Shown: positions 1-9,727, numbered from the stretch's first letter. The stretch: DNA of 32,000 nucleotides from Coprobacillaceae bacterium (GCA_963675915.1 OY780959.1:420001-452000); one strand, 5' to 3'. The notes: a model not told the origin generated them from the letters alone. Made by a program: numbers and translations.

Positions 1-387
1 CAAATCATCAATTCAATCAACTGTCTAGGCCAAACTGATATCTCTTATCATCTAGTCAAAGAATATCTGGACCAAAATCAAGATATCGATGCTTTGATGG
101 CCTTGAACGATACCAGTGCTCTGGGCGCTTTGGCGGCAATCAATAGTGAAAATCTGGACATCAAGGTGTATGGCGTGGATGGTTCTCCCGAAATCAAGAA
201 ATTGCTGATCAGCAATAAAAATATCCAGGCTACGGCCGGACAGTCACCGATTCAATTGGGTCAGGGTGCCATTGAATCCGGCTATAAACTAATTTTTGAA
301 CAAGACGTGCCCAAGATTGTCAAGATGGATGTAAGTCTGATTACCAAGGAAAACGTCAAAGATTATAATATTCTGGGGTGGCAGTAA
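1..387 (+). CDS. Type I periplasmic sugar-binding protein (RbsB/XylF-like), C-terminal part; 5' end lies outside the window
   Basis: Frame 1 is open from base 1 (QIINSINCLGQTD...) to TAA at 385-387. ALNDTSALGALAAI...VYGVDGSPE...ATAGQSP resembles the second lobe of LacI/RbsB-type binding proteins. The stop overlaps the kinase ATG (TAATG). Confidence 0.7.
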   Translation, partial: QIINSINCLGQTDISYHLVKEYLDQNQDIDALMALNDTSALGALAAINSENLDIKVYGVDGSPEIKKLLISNKNIQATAGQSPIQLGQGAIESGYKLIFEQDVPKIVKMDVSLITKENVKDYNILGWQ

Positions 388-1709
388 TGAAAATCGTCAA
401 CTATCTTAATCTCAAATACATCAAATACATCATGCTATGCCTCAATTTCATCGTGATAACCTACATGGGTTGGGTGATTCTTTCAACCACCAATTACGTG
501 GTCAGCAATTCTCTGGCGACTGTCTTTTTGACCAGCATCAAGTATCTGCCTCATCGTCCGGAGATTGTCTATTTTGCTACCACGATTGCCTATTTATGTC
601 TTTGTGTGATCATTCTCTATTTCGAGAACAGCCGGATGTCGCTGTCACGTTCGATTATGATCATTCTAGTCGAGCTGGTCATTTATTTCATTATCGCCTA
701 TTACGTTTACTTTGGTTATACCGGTCTGATTCTGGTGATCTTCATTGATTTCATTGTCAAGATTGAAAAGAATCATAATATTCCCTGGGTCTTGGGAATC
801 ATGTTCATCATTGCAACTTTGACCCGGTACAATGTCATTTCCGCTTTGATTGACATTCCCTCATTTGCCAATTACATCGAATTTTCACCCGATAACGGGG
901 CTAATACGATCAACTTCATCATGAGCATTTTCGATGCAACCAATTTTTTGCTGTTCATCATCTATCTGATTATTTTCATCTCACATCAGATCATTGAAAA
1001 TGAACGGATTACCAACGAGTTGGAGATGCTCAGCAATGTCAATGTCAAATTGGAGGAGTATGCCCATATCACCGAAAAAATCGGAGAAAACAACGAACGT
1101 AAACGGTTGGCTCGGGAGTTGCATGACACTTTGGGTCACGCTTTAACCGGGATTGCGGCCGGAATTGATGCCTGCATCACTCTGATTGATATCGATGTGG
1201 AAGTGACCAAAAAACAACTCAATGTCTTGTCGAAAGTCGTTCGAACCGGGATTGGCGATGTCCGCAATTCCCTTGAAAAATTGCGTCCTGATGCCCTCAA
1301 GGAAAGCACATTGCATGAAGCCCTGGTCAAGGTAGTCGACAATTTCAAGGAAGTATCCAATATCGAAATCATTCTTGATTACAACCTGCCGGATATTGAT
1401 CTGGACAACTTGCGCGAAGATGCCATTTTTCGGACCATCCAGGAAGCAATCACCAACGCCAAACGCCACGGCAATGCAAGCCTGATCAAGATATCGATCA
1501 GTTGGATCTATGATTCGATTGTCATTGTCATCAAAGACAACGGCGTCGGTTGCGGCAAGGTGGTTGATGGCTATGGCCTCAAACAGATGAAGGAGCGGAT
1601 CCATTCTCTCAATGGGGAAATCTTCATCGAACATCAAAATGGTTTCACGCTGACAATAAAAATGAAACTGCCAAAGGAGAAAATCAATGATAAAAGTAAT
1701 GATAGCTGA
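387..1709 (+). CDS. Sensor histidine kinase, HisKA_3 (NarL-partner) type, with a multi-TM N-terminal domain
   Basis: H-box RLARELHDTLGHALTGI. N-box EAITNAKRHG. G-box DNGVGC...GYGLKQMKERI. The first roughly 200 aa are about 6 hydrophobic helices with no large extracytoplasmic loop. ATG 387 is preferred over GTG 378 because of the TAATG coupling and the GGGGTGG RBS. Confidence 0.85.
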   Translation: MKIVNYLNLKYIKYIMLCLNFIVITYMGWVILSTTNYVVSNSLATVFLTSIKYLPHRPEIVYFATTIAYLCLCVIILYFENSRMSLSRSIMIILVELVIYFIIAYYVYFGYTGLILVIFIDFIVKIEKNHNIPWVLGIMFIIATLTRYNVISALIDIPSFANYIEFSPDNGANTINFIMSIFDATNFLLFIIYLIIFISHQIIENERITNELEMLSNVNVKLEEYAHITEKIGENNERKRLARELHDTLGHALTGIAAGIDACITLIDIDVEVTKKQLNVLSKVVRTGIGDVRNSLEKLRPDALKESTLHEALVKVVDNFKEVSNIEIILDYNLPDIDLDNLREDAIFRTIQEAITNAKRHGNASLIKISISWIYDSIVIVIKDNGVGCGKVVDGYGLKQMKERIHSLNGEIFIEHQNGFTLTIKMKLPKEKINDKSNDS

Positions 1710-2361
1710 TGATCAGGAACTGATCAGGGAATCCCTGCGGATTGTCCTGTCAACCCATGATGACATCCAGATAGTTTCCACCGCCTGCAATGGCCGTGAA
1801 GTTCTTGATCTGATGAAAATCAATCCCGCCGATGTAATTCTGATGGATATCCGGATGCCTGAAATGGACGGGGTTCTGGCGACCAAGGAAGTCAAAGATG
1901 CCTATCCCGACACCCGGATCATCATCCTGACCACTTTTGACGATGATGAATATGTCTTCAGCGCCCTTAAAAACGGAGCTTGCGGCTATCTTCTCAAAGG
2001 GATATCGATGGACAAGCTGTATGAGTCGATTGTGGAAGTTGCCGATGGGGGAGCGATGATCAATCCTGATATCGCAATGAGGATCCTGCAGTCCTTTTCC
2101 AACCAAAGCAATCAAAACACTAATATCGAAGTAGACCAGAAACTGGTGGGCACGTTGACCATCAAGGAAAAACTGGTAGCGCAGCAGATTGGATTCGGGC
2201 TCTCGAACAAGGAAATAGCCGACAAACTGTACTTCTCCCAGGGGACAGTAAGAAATTACATCTCAGTGATTCTCAATAAACTCCAATTGCGTGATCGCAC
2301 CCAGGTAGCAATCTGGGCGGTCCAGTCGAATCTGATCAATGAGGATTTGACCAGTGAATAA
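1687..2361 (+). CDS. Response regulator, NarL/LuxR family (REC plus HTH_LuxR)
   Basis: MIKVMIADDQ...DVILMDIRMPEMDG (receiver Asp), TTFDDDEY...GYLLK, C-terminal LSNKEIADKLYFSQGTVRNYISVILNKL. AAGGAG RBS 7 nt upstream. Overlaps the kinase 3' end. Confidence 0.9.
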   Translation: MIKVMIADDQELIRESLRIVLSTHDDIQIVSTACNGREVLDLMKINPADVILMDIRMPEMDGVLATKEVKDAYPDTRIIILTTFDDDEYVFSALKNGACGYLLKGISMDKLYESIVEVADGGAMINPDIAMRILQSFSNQSNQNTNIEVDQKLVGTLTIKEKLVAQQIGFGLSNKEIADKLYFSQGTVRNYISVILNKLQLRDRTQVAIWAVQSNLINEDLTSE

Positions 2362-3643
2362 ACACAAGCCGCTTTTGGTCGGGATTGCGGCCATTCTGGC
2401 TTTAGGAACCTATTATTTCCAGGTTGTCAGCAGTCATGACAAACTGACAATCGGTCTTTTTGCCGGCAGTCCCTGGTCCAATATCAATTCCGATCTCTAT
2501 GATGTTGTTGATGATGTAATTGCCAAATACAACCAGAACTATGATATCGAGGTCGAGTATATCAATGGAATCCTCAAAGACGATTATGAAAACTATCTCA
2601 ACAGTATGATTGTAGCTGGTCATGAACCGGATATCTATCTGATTCTTGATGATGACTTCCCGATACTGTCTGGAACCAATTTCCTGACGCCGTTGGATTC
2701 GTTCATGAATAATGATGCCACTTTTGACTTTGACTATTATTATCCGGCCAGTCTTGCCGCCGGTCAGAATAACGGAATCACTTATGCTTTGCCGGTTGAT
2801 TGCAATCTTGATTTGCTTTTTGTCAATGAAAGCCTGTTGGAGCAGGAAGGAATCACCATTGACGGCCAGCTTGATCTTGATGATTTCTACGATATCTGCG
2901 CCAAGGTTACCCGGGATACCAATGGTGATGGGATGATCGATCAGTTTGGTTTTTGCAACTACACGCTCGATGATGTTTTGGCAACTTATGATTTTGAAAC
3001 ATACGGAGCAGATTCGATTTCACTTGATGTGGCTGCCACCAAAAATGCCATCGAATATTACAAGAAACTAATAGCGATCAACCAGGGCTTCGAAGTCACG
3101 CTCGATGATTTTGACTCGGGTCGGGTGGTCTTTGCCAAACTGCCGTTCTCACAATTTCGGACTTACCGCTTTTCGCCATACAATCTCACCAAATATTCGA
3201 CTTTCAAGTGGGATTGCATCAACTTGCCGACCGATACGGCCAAATCCGGAGAACTTGATACTCTGTTGATGGGGATTTCCTCACGGTGTAAGGACAAATA
3301 CGCGGCGTTCAGGTTGCTTAAGCTGCTTTCGAATGATCCGGACATTCAGCAGGAATATTTTCAACATTCCCAAGGCATCTCCCCCCTTCAAAACATTGTC
3401 AGTTCAGTTGATACGAATATTTTTTTAAACGAAGAGTCGCTTGATTCCGATTTTGACTTTGAAGTCATTGATACTGCCATGGACCAGGCATTTAATCCGG
3501 TCAATATGATTGATTTCAATCTGATCAAAGATCAACTCAGCAATCTGCTTGTAGATGGCTTGACCACCGATGAAGATATTGATCTCTATTTGATGGATGT
3601 CCAACGCCAGATCAATCAACTTTTGATTGCGAAAAACAAATAA
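2354..3643 (+). CDS. Extracellular solute-binding protein (ABC family 1-like), membrane-anchored, with no adjacent permease genes
   Basis: GTG start overlapping the regulator stop, GAGGA RBS 8 nt upstream. N-terminal hydrophobic anchor LLVGIAAILALGTYYF without a lipobox Cys. The body resembles sugar-type SBP_bac_1 proteins. Confidence 0.65.
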   Translation: MNKHKPLLVGIAAILALGTYYFQVVSSHDKLTIGLFAGSPWSNINSDLYDVVDDVIAKYNQNYDIEVEYINGILKDDYENYLNSMIVAGHEPDIYLILDDDFPILSGTNFLTPLDSFMNNDATFDFDYYYPASLAAGQNNGITYALPVDCNLDLLFVNESLLEQEGITIDGQLDLDDFYDICAKVTRDTNGDGMIDQFGFCNYTLDDVLATYDFETYGADSISLDVAATKNAIEYYKKLIAINQGFEVTLDDFDSGRVVFAKLPFSQFRTYRFSPYNLTKYSTFKWDCINLPTDTAKSGELDTLLMGISSRCKDKYAAFRLLKLLSNDPDIQQEYFQHSQGISPLQNIVSSVDTNIFLNEESLDSDFDFEVIDTAMDQAFNPVNMIDFNLIKDQLSNLLVDGLTTDEDIDLYLMDVQRQINQLLIAKNK

Positions 3644-3652
3644 CAGTTCCCC

Positions 3653-3691
3653 AGACAAGAAACAGCAACGGCTGAATCTTGTCTTTTTTGG
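3653..3691 (+). terminator. Intrinsic terminator after the sensor module
   Basis: AGACAAGA (3653-3660) pairs with TCTTGTCT (3678-3685), followed by TTTTT. Confidence 0.7.
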
Positions 3692-3700
3692 TTAAAATGA

Positions 3701-3746
3701 TAAATGTAACAATTTCATGTGATTATTGTAAATGTAACCAGTTACT
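3701..3746 (+). promoter_or_regulatory. Two direct TAAATGTAAC repeats and a cre-like palindrome upstream of the PTS operon
   Basis: TAAATGTAAC occurs at 3701-3710 and 3729-3738 (28-bp spacing). TGTAACCAGTTACT at 3733-3746 contains GTAAC-N2-GTTAC. It fits the CcpA cre consensus WTGNAANCGNWNNCW except that the central CG is CA. Confidence 0.35.
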
Positions 3747-3804
3747 TTTTTCAATTATGATTGATTTGCGCTTGTATTAGAATAAAGGTGCAAGGAGGGA
3801 ATTT

Positions 3805-4230
3805 ATGAAATATGTAGTTTTGGTTTCCCACGGCAAATTCGCCGCGGGGTTGAAAGACAGCCTGGAAATGCTGTCAGGAAAACGTGAAGATCTGATCGCC
3901 TTGGGCTTGCTTGATGGCACCACCGTTGGGGATTTCAGTGAATTAGTCAATACAACTTTCAAGAAGTTTACCAGTGATGACGAACTGATCATTCTGGGTG
4001 ATTTGATTGGTGGTTCGCCACTGACCACAACTTTGAATGTTGCTGGAGAATTGGAATTGTTGTCAAAATGCGTTGTCATCGGAGGGATGAACCTGCCGTT
4101 GGCATTAACTTGTCTTTTGATGAAAGATACCATGGACCTGTCAATTTTACCGGGAGCGGTATTGGCAGAGGGTAAAGAAGCATTGAAGGAATTTACAGTT
4201 GCATCAGATGATGAACTGGAAGAGATATAA
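3805..4230 (+). CDS. PTS mannose/fructose/sorbose family EIIA
   Basis: MKYVVLVSHGKFAAGL (phospho-His in SHG), GDLIGGSP motif. AGGAGGG RBS. Confidence 0.85.
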   Translation: MKYVVLVSHGKFAAGLKDSLEMLSGKREDLIALGLLDGTTVGDFSELVNTTFKKFTSDDELIILGDLIGGSPLTTTLNVAGELELLSKCVVIGGMNLPLALTCLLMKDTMDLSILPGAVLAEGKEALKEFTVASDDELEEI

Positions 4231-4242
4231 GGAGGAGAGGAT

Positions 4243-4737
4243 ATGTCAATATCATTTATCAGAATTGATGACCGCATGATTCACGGTCAAACTGTGACTC
4301 GTTGGTCACTTGAATATCCTTGCGATGGTTTAATTGCTGTCAATGACAAAGCAGCCAATAATTCGGTTTTAAAAGCCGCATACAAATCCGCAAGTGATAA
4401 AAAAACATTTGTCTGGACGCTTGACGAGTTTATCGCCAAAGCTCCCAAAGTACTTGAAAGCAAATCACAGTACTTCCTGATTGCCAAAAATCCGGTCGAT
4501 ATGGCCGAAATTCTGGTCAACCGTGGCTTTGAACCGGGAATCAAGGATGTTATTGTCGGACCATGCAATGACCGCGAAGGAGCAGTCAAACTGGGGAACA
4601 ATCAGTCAATCACTCAAGAAGAGGCTGAGGCGCTTGAAGCAATGATGCAAAAAGGATACAATATCGAATTTGCCTTGATCAAAGAGGCGGCAATCGGTAA
4701 CTGGACCAAGTTCCGCAAGAACTTCGGTTTTGAATAA
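4243..4737 (+). CDS. PTS mannose/sorbose family EIIB
   Basis: N-terminal IRIDDRMIHGQTVTRW signature of sorbose-type IIB (phospho-His). GGAGGAGAGG RBS. Confidence 0.9.
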   Translation: MSISFIRIDDRMIHGQTVTRWSLEYPCDGLIAVNDKAANNSVLKAAYKSASDKKTFVWTLDEFIAKAPKVLESKSQYFLIAKNPVDMAEILVNRGFEPGIKDVIVGPCNDREGAVKLGNNQSITQEEAEALEAMMQKGYNIEFALIKEAAIGNWTKFRKNFGFE

Positions 4738-4754
4738 TACAAAGGAGAGAAATT

Positions 4755-5600
4755 ATGGAAATTAGTTGGTTACAAGCAGCATTTTTAGGTTTATTTGCCT
4801 GTCTGTCGAGTTTGCCTGGGCTAGGGGGGACCACTTTTGGTAACTACACCCTGGGACGTCCGTTGGTGGCAGGTTTGTTTGTCGGTTTGATTTTGGGAGA
4901 TATCAGAACCGGAATTATGGTCGGAGCGGCCATGCAGTTGGTTTACATCGCTTTGGTTACTCCAGGGGGAACTGTCAGTGCCGATGTACGGGCAATCTCA
5001 TATATTGGGATTCCTTTGGCAATGGTAGCCTTGAAAGTCTATGGACTTGATCCTGCAGCTGCCGATGGAGTATCTCTAGCAACCGGTTTTGGGGTGTTGG
5101 TAGGAACTGTCGGGACAGTTTTATTCTATCTTACTGCCACTATCAACCTGGTATGGCAAGGGATCGGATGGAATGCCATCCAAAAAGGAAACTTCAAAGA
5201 GATTTATCGGGTAAATATGCTTTATCCTTGGATTTCTCATATCATCTGTTCATTCGTACCGGCTTTGATCATGTGTCATTTGGGAGCGCCGGCGGTTGAA
5301 GCAATCAAAAATTATCTGCCAATGGATGGTTTGGCAATGAAAACAATCTTTACAGTCGGATCATTGCTTCCGGCAGTCGGGGTTGCCATCCTGTTGAAAC
5401 AAATCTGCTTAAAAGCGACAGATTTCATTCCATTTTTCTTCGGATTCACTTTAGCTGCATCAATGGGACTGAACCTGGTTTCAGCCACTGTTATCGCTGC
5501 AATGTTTGCTTTCATCAAATATGAAATCAAAACAGTCAAAATGTCCAAGGGTCTGGCACCAGCCGGAGCGGGAGATTTTGATGAAGAGGAGGATATTTAA
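4755..5600 (+). CDS. PTS mannose family EIIC
   Basis: Polytopic membrane protein. LGRPLVAGLFVGLILGD and GGTVSAD segments are typical of ManY/ManM-type IIC. Confidence 0.85.
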   Translation: MEISWLQAAFLGLFACLSSLPGLGGTTFGNYTLGRPLVAGLFVGLILGDIRTGIMVGAAMQLVYIALVTPGGTVSADVRAISYIGIPLAMVALKVYGLDPAAADGVSLATGFGVLVGTVGTVLFYLTATINLVWQGIGWNAIQKGNFKEIYRVNMLYPWISHIICSFVPALIMCHLGAPAVEAIKNYLPMDGLAMKTIFTVGSLLPAVGVAILLKQICLKATDFIPFFFGFTLAASMGLNLVSATVIAAMFAFIKYEIKTVKMSKGLAPAGAGDFDEEEDI

Positions 5601-5602
5601 AA

Positions 5603-6436
5603 ATGGAAAAAAAGTTAAGTAAAAAAGCCCTTAATAAATCGTTCTGGTTATGGTTCTATGGAAACCTGACTTGTTTCTCACAAGAACATATGCAGACATT
5701 CGGATATCTTTCAGCGATGCTGCCAATTTGTGAAGAGTTGTACAAAGGTGACGATGAACAACTGGCCCGTTCAATGCAGACTTACACAGCTTTCTTCAAT
5801 ACCGAACCGCAAATCGGATCGGTTGTAGTCGGAGTTACTGCCGGGTTGGAAGAAGCACGTGCCAACGGTGAAGATGTTGATGATGAAACAATCAACGGTT
5901 TAAGAGCTGGTTTGATGGGACCGCTGGCAGGAATCGGAGATTCCCTGATTGTCGGAACTGTCATCCCAATCCTGTTGGGGATTGCTTTGGGACTTGCCAG
6001 TGGCGGATCAATTGTAGGACCACTGTTCTACATTGTCTTATGGAACCTGTTTGCAGTACTGGGAATGCGTTTTATCTATTTTAAAGGATATGAACTCGGG
6101 GGAAAAGCGGTTGAAATCCTGGTCGGAGAAAAAGCTCAGGCAATCCGTGAGTCAATCCAAATTGTCGGTGCAATGGTCATCGGGGCGGTTGCAGCATCAT
6201 GGATTAATGTCACTACGGCAGCTAAAATGCTGGACTCAAACGGTCAAGTAATCGTCGATCTTAACGGTTCATTGAATGCAGTTTATCCAAAATTCCTGAC
6301 AGCTCTTACCGTAGTACTTTGCTGGTGGTTGATGTCGAAAAAGAAAATCTCACCGACTAAAGTGATGGGAATTCTGGTTATCATCGCCTTTATCGGGGTC
6401 TTGGTTGGATTCTTTGATCCAGGTCTGCAATACTAA
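5603..6436 (+). CDS. PTS mannose family EIID
   Basis: FWLWFYGNLTCFSQEHMQTFGYLSAMLP and FFNTEPQIGSVVVG are characteristic of ManZ/ManN-type IID. Starts 3 nt after the IIC stop. Confidence 0.9.
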   Translation: MEKKLSKKALNKSFWLWFYGNLTCFSQEHMQTFGYLSAMLPICEELYKGDDEQLARSMQTYTAFFNTEPQIGSVVVGVTAGLEEARANGEDVDDETINGLRAGLMGPLAGIGDSLIVGTVIPILLGIALGLASGGSIVGPLFYIVLWNLFAVLGMRFIYFKGYELGGKAVEILVGEKAQAIRESIQIVGAMVIGAVAASWINVTTAAKMLDSNGQVIVDLNGSLNAVYPKFLTALTVVLCWWLMSKKKISPTKVMGILVIIAFIGVLVGFFDPGLQY

Positions 6437-6711
6437 TGACAACCCAAGAATTACACACTGACATGGATACAATCAGAATGATCAGATATCATAAAACCAT
6501 GATTCAACGCTTGAAAAAATGGTTTCTCGATGTTTTGATTGTGCTGTTCATCCTGCTGGGTTTGCTGCTAATCAACCGCAACAATCAGCTAATCTTGACG
6601 ATTCTGGCAGTTTTGGCAGTGCTTACGGTTGGAATCGATTCGATTATCGGTTATGGCATTTATCGGGGAAAATCAAAATTTGATTCATTACTAGCCACCC
6701 TTGATGAGTAA
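6436..6711 (+). CDS. Small two-TM membrane protein translationally coupled to EIID
   Basis: The ATG overlaps the IID stop (TAATG). 91 aa with two hydrophobic helices. No family recognised. Confidence 0.5.
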   Translation: MTTQELHTDMDTIRMIRYHKTMIQRLKKWFLDVLIVLFILLGLLLINRNNQLILTILAVLAVLTVGIDSIIGYGIYRGKSKFDSLLATLDE

Positions 6712-6732
6712 TCGCCAAATAGAAGATAATAC

Positions 6733-6758
6733 AAAAAAGAGCCTGAGGCTCTTTTTTT
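6733..6758. terminator. Bidirectional intrinsic terminator between the PTS operon and pdxT
   Basis: AAAGAGCC-TGA-GGCTCTTT, flanked by an A-run upstream and a T-run downstream. Serves convergent transcripts. Confidence 0.8.
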
Positions 6759-7332
6759 AGCTTTGCGCTGCTTTAACCATCGCAATGAACTCCTGATGGA
6801 TTCGCTTGTCGGCTGTAAGTTCCGGATGGAAGGCCAACGCCAACTGATTATGGTATCTCACTGCGACAATCTTATTGTCGACTTCAGCCAGGATTTCAAC
6901 CCCGGTATCCACTGTTTCAATATATGGGGCTCTGATGAACACCAATTCGAACTCGCCGATTCCGGTTATTGGAGCAGTAGTGGCAAAGCTGGAACTTTGG
7001 CGTCCATAGGCGTCGCGTTTGACGGTGACGGGCAGGGTCGCCAGATACTGATGGCTGTCATTGACAGTCTCCCGCACCAGCAAAATCAAGCCGGCACAGG
7101 TAGCCAAGACGGGCACTCCGTCCTCAATCATTTTCTGGAGTTGTTCTTTCATGCCAAGCTCTTCAAGCAGTTTGCCCTGAACCGTGCTTTCACCTCCGGG
7201 CAGGACGATACCATCTAGTTTCCTGTCAAGATCGGATTGCTGGCGCAATTGGACGCATTGACAGCCAAGACTCTCCAGGATCCGTTGATGTTCGATAAAC
7301 GCCCCCTGCAGGGCAAGTACTCCGATTTTCAT
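6757..7332 (-). CDS. pdxT: Pyridoxal 5'-phosphate synthase glutaminase subunit PdxT
   Basis: MKIGVLALQGAF..H, GGESTV, TCAGLILL (catalytic Cys), FHPELT. Sits 1 nt downstream of pdxS. Confidence 0.95.
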   Translation of the reverse strand: MKIGVLALQGAFIEHQRILESLGCQCVQLRQQSDLDRKLDGIVLPGGESTVQGKLLEELGMKEQLQKMIEDGVPVLATCAGLILLVRETVNDSHQYLATLPVTVKRDAYGRQSSSFATTAPITGIGEFELVFIRAPYIETVDTGVEILAEVDNKIVAVRYHNQLALAFHPELTADKRIHQEFIAMVKAAQS

Positions 7333-7333
7333 C

Positions 7334-8209
7334 CTAAACTCCCCGATTGGCCATCAGGATTTTGATTTCACCTTCATTGATTCCGACCATTGCTTCACCA
7401 AGGTCCTTTGAAAGTTCTCCAATCATTTTGGCATCCTGATAGTTGGCCACAGCTTTGACGATGGCCAAAGCCCTTTTTTTGGGATTGCCTGATTTGAAGA
7501 TACCGGAACCGACAAAGACTCCCTGAGCTCCCAGTTGCATCATCAATGCGGCATCGCCAGGAGTTGCCACGCCGCCGGCTGCGAAGTTGACCACGGGCAG
7601 AGTACCGTTTTCGTGAACGAATCGGATCAGCTGGTAGGGTACTGCCAATTTTTTGGCTTCATCGTATAATTCCGCTTCATCCATTGATTTGATTCGGCGA
7701 ATGGCACTTTGCATCTTGCGCATATGACGGACAGCCTGAACAACATCTCCAGTTCCGGGTTCGCCCTTGGTTCTGATCATTGCCGCTCCTTCATTGATTC
7801 GGCGCAGGGCTTCACCAAGATCCCCCGCCCCGCAGACAAATGGGACCTTGAATTTGGTTTTGTCGACATGATAGATATCATCAGCTGGTGAGAGTACCTC
7901 ACTCTCATCGATATAATCGATATCGATGGCTTCAAGAATCTGGGCTTCGACAAAGTGTCCGATTCGGCATTTGGCCATGACTGGAATCGATACGGCATCC
8001 TGGATTTCCTTGATCATTTTGGGATCGCTCATCCGAGAAACTCCACCGACAGCCCGGATGTCGGCTGGAATTCTTTCCAACGCCATAACGGCACATGCTC
8101 CCGCCTGTTCGGCAATTCGGGCCTGTTCTGGGGTGGTTACGTCCATAATCACGCCGCCTTTTAACATTTGGGCTAATTCACAGTTTAATTTGTATTGATT
8201 TTCTTTCAT
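7334..8209 (-). CDS. pdxS: Pyridoxal 5'-phosphate synthase lyase subunit PdxS
   Basis: [41 protein letters not shown] and [25 protein letters not shown] are PdxS/SNZ hallmarks. GAGAGGT RBS. Confidence 0.95.
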   Translation of the reverse strand: MKENQYKLNCELAQMLKGGVIMDVTTPEQARIAEQAGACAVMALERIPADIRAVGGVSRMSDPKMIKEIQDAVSIPVMAKCRIGHFVEAQILEAIDIDYIDESEVLSPADDIYHVDKTKFKVPFVCGAGDLGEALRRINEGAAMIRTKGEPGTGDVVQAVRHMRKMQSAIRRIKSMDEAELYDEAKKLAVPYQLIRFVHENGTLPVVNFAAGGVATPGDAALMMQLGAQGVFVGSGIFKSGNPKKRALAIVKAVANYQDAKMIGELSKDLGEAMVGINEGEIKILMANRGV

Positions 8210-8323
8210 TTTATCTACCTCTCTTTACAAAGCTTATGGGTTCCATTATACTGAGGATTGACCTTGTTGAAATATCCAAATCAAAATTAATTTATATGGT
8301 CAGTTTGCAAAGAGGAGGTCAAG

Positions 8324-9727
8324 ATGAAGACATATTCGTTTCTCGATATAGGGTCAGATAACCTGTATCAACATTTATATAAGTGCATCAAGGAAGATAT
8401 CATTTCCGGCGAACTCCAGCCAGATGAGAAGTTACCATCCAAACGCAGCTTCGCCAAGCATCTGGGGGTTTCGACTATCACGGTGGAAAATGCCTATGGT
8501 CAGTTGAGTGCGGAAGGTTGGATCTATTCATTGCCCCGCAAGGGCTTTTTCGTCAGTAAAATCGCCCCTGAAAATATCGTAGTGCCAATCACGCAAGAAC
8601 AGTATCCCGAAAGCCCGGCTGTGGCCAAAGAATATTTTGCGGATTTTAGCTCCAATGAAAACATTCCGGAAAACTTCCCTTTTTCCATCTGGACCAAACT
8701 GATACGCGAAGTGATCACCAGTGATAGTAAGCGGCTGATGACCAACTCACCAGGAAATGGGATGATTGAACTGCGCCAGGCCATTTGTGATTATCTCAGT
8801 CAGTTCCAGGGCATGAATGTTCATCCCAGCCAGGTGGTGGTTGGGGCGGGAACCGAATATCTATATGGGATTTTGATCAAGTTACTGGGCCGGGATAAAG
8901 TGTATGCCGTAGAAAATCCGGGATACAAGAAAATTGCCAAAATATATGAGAGCCACCAGGTCAACTGGTGCTACCTCGATATCGACGAACAAGGTCTGAG
9001 CATTGACAAGTTGAAAGAGAGCGCCAGTGATGTCATCCATATCTCCCCATCGCATCATTTTCCCACCGGAATCACAACTCCCATTAGCCGGCGCTATGAA
9101 CTGTTGGGGTGGGCGGCTGGCAGTCCTGATCGCTATATCATTGAAGATGACTATGATTCCGAGTTCCGGCTGGTCGGAAAGCCGATTCCAAGCCTCCAAA
9201 GCATCGATGTATCCGACAAGGTCATCTATCTTAATACCTTCACCAAAAGTCTGGCCTCGACAATCAGGATCAGTTATCTGATCTTGCCTAGACCTCTGGT
9301 GGAAGCTTATCACCGAAAACTGGATTTTTACAGCTGTACGGTATCCAATTTCGAACAGCTGACGCTGGCGCGATTCATCGACGAAGGTTATTTTGAAAAA
9401 CATATCAACCGGATGCGCAGCCATTATAAAAAACAGCGCGACAAATGGATTGAGGCCATTGACAATAGTTCGCTAAGTTCCAAGTCGCAGATCCGGGAAG
9501 CCAATTCCGGACTCCATTTTCTACTTAAAATCGAAACTAAAATGACCAGATGTCAACTAGAAAAAAAGGCGGAAAAAGCCGGTTTGAAACTGTCGTTGCT
9601 TAACACCTATTACTATGATGAAAAGAACATCAACCGCTATGGTCCGACTTTAATTATCAACTATTCATCGATTCCCGGGGCGCGGATCGCAGCGGCGGTA
9701 GCCAAACTGGCCGCCTTGTTTGAATGA
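8324..9727 (+). CDS. pdxR: MocR/GntR-family regulator with a fold-type I aminotransferase-like domain, PdxR-type
   Basis: N-terminal winged HTH (LPSKRSFAKHLGVSTITVENAY) plus a C-terminal AAT-like domain (NTFTKSLAST with the PLP Lys). Divergent from pdxST, the canonical PdxR arrangement. Confidence 0.8.
   Translation: MKTYSFLDIGSDNLYQHLYKCIKEDIISGELQPDEKLPSKRSFAKHLGVSTITVENAYGQLSAEGWIYSLPRKGFFVSKIAPENIVVPITQEQYPESPAVAKEYFADFSSNENIPENFPFSIWTKLIREVITSDSKRLMTNSPGNGMIELRQAICDYLSQFQGMNVHPSQVVVGAGTEYLYGILIKLLGRDKVYAVENPGYKKIAKIYESHQVNWCYLDIDEQGLSIDKLKESASDVIHISPSHHFPTGITTPISRRYELLGWAAGSPDRYIIEDDYDSEFRLVGKPIPSLQSIDVSDKVIYLNTFTKSLASTIRISYLILPRPLVEAYHRKLDFYSCTVSNFEQLTLARFIDEGYFEKHINRMRSHYKKQRDKWIEAIDNSSLSSKSQIREANSGLHFLLKIETKMTRCQLEKKAEKAGLKLSLLNTYYYDEKNINRYGPTLIINYSSIPGARIAAAVAKLAALFE

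Noticed and set aside
1143-1637. Long antisense or alternate-frame ORFs in the six-frame track. Examples: 1143-1637(-), 3777-4277(-), 6763-7218(+), 8882-9424(-), 11035-11436(-), 15792-16223(+), 19851-20411(-), 20538-21185(+) and 27810-28586(-).
   Set aside because: Each lies wholly inside a well-supported gene on the other strand or frame. They have no RBS, low-complexity or biased composition and no recognisable motifs, so they are shadow ORFs.
8210-8323. PdxR operator in the pdxS-pdxR intergenic region (TATGG at 8235 and 8294, CCATT at 8243, TGACC/GGTCA pair at 8260/8298) and the pdxS -10 TATAAT (8245-8250, minus strand).
   Set aside because: The repeats are short (5-6 bp) and I cannot recall a verified PdxR consensus to compare against. 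The site is plausible but not supportable as a feature.
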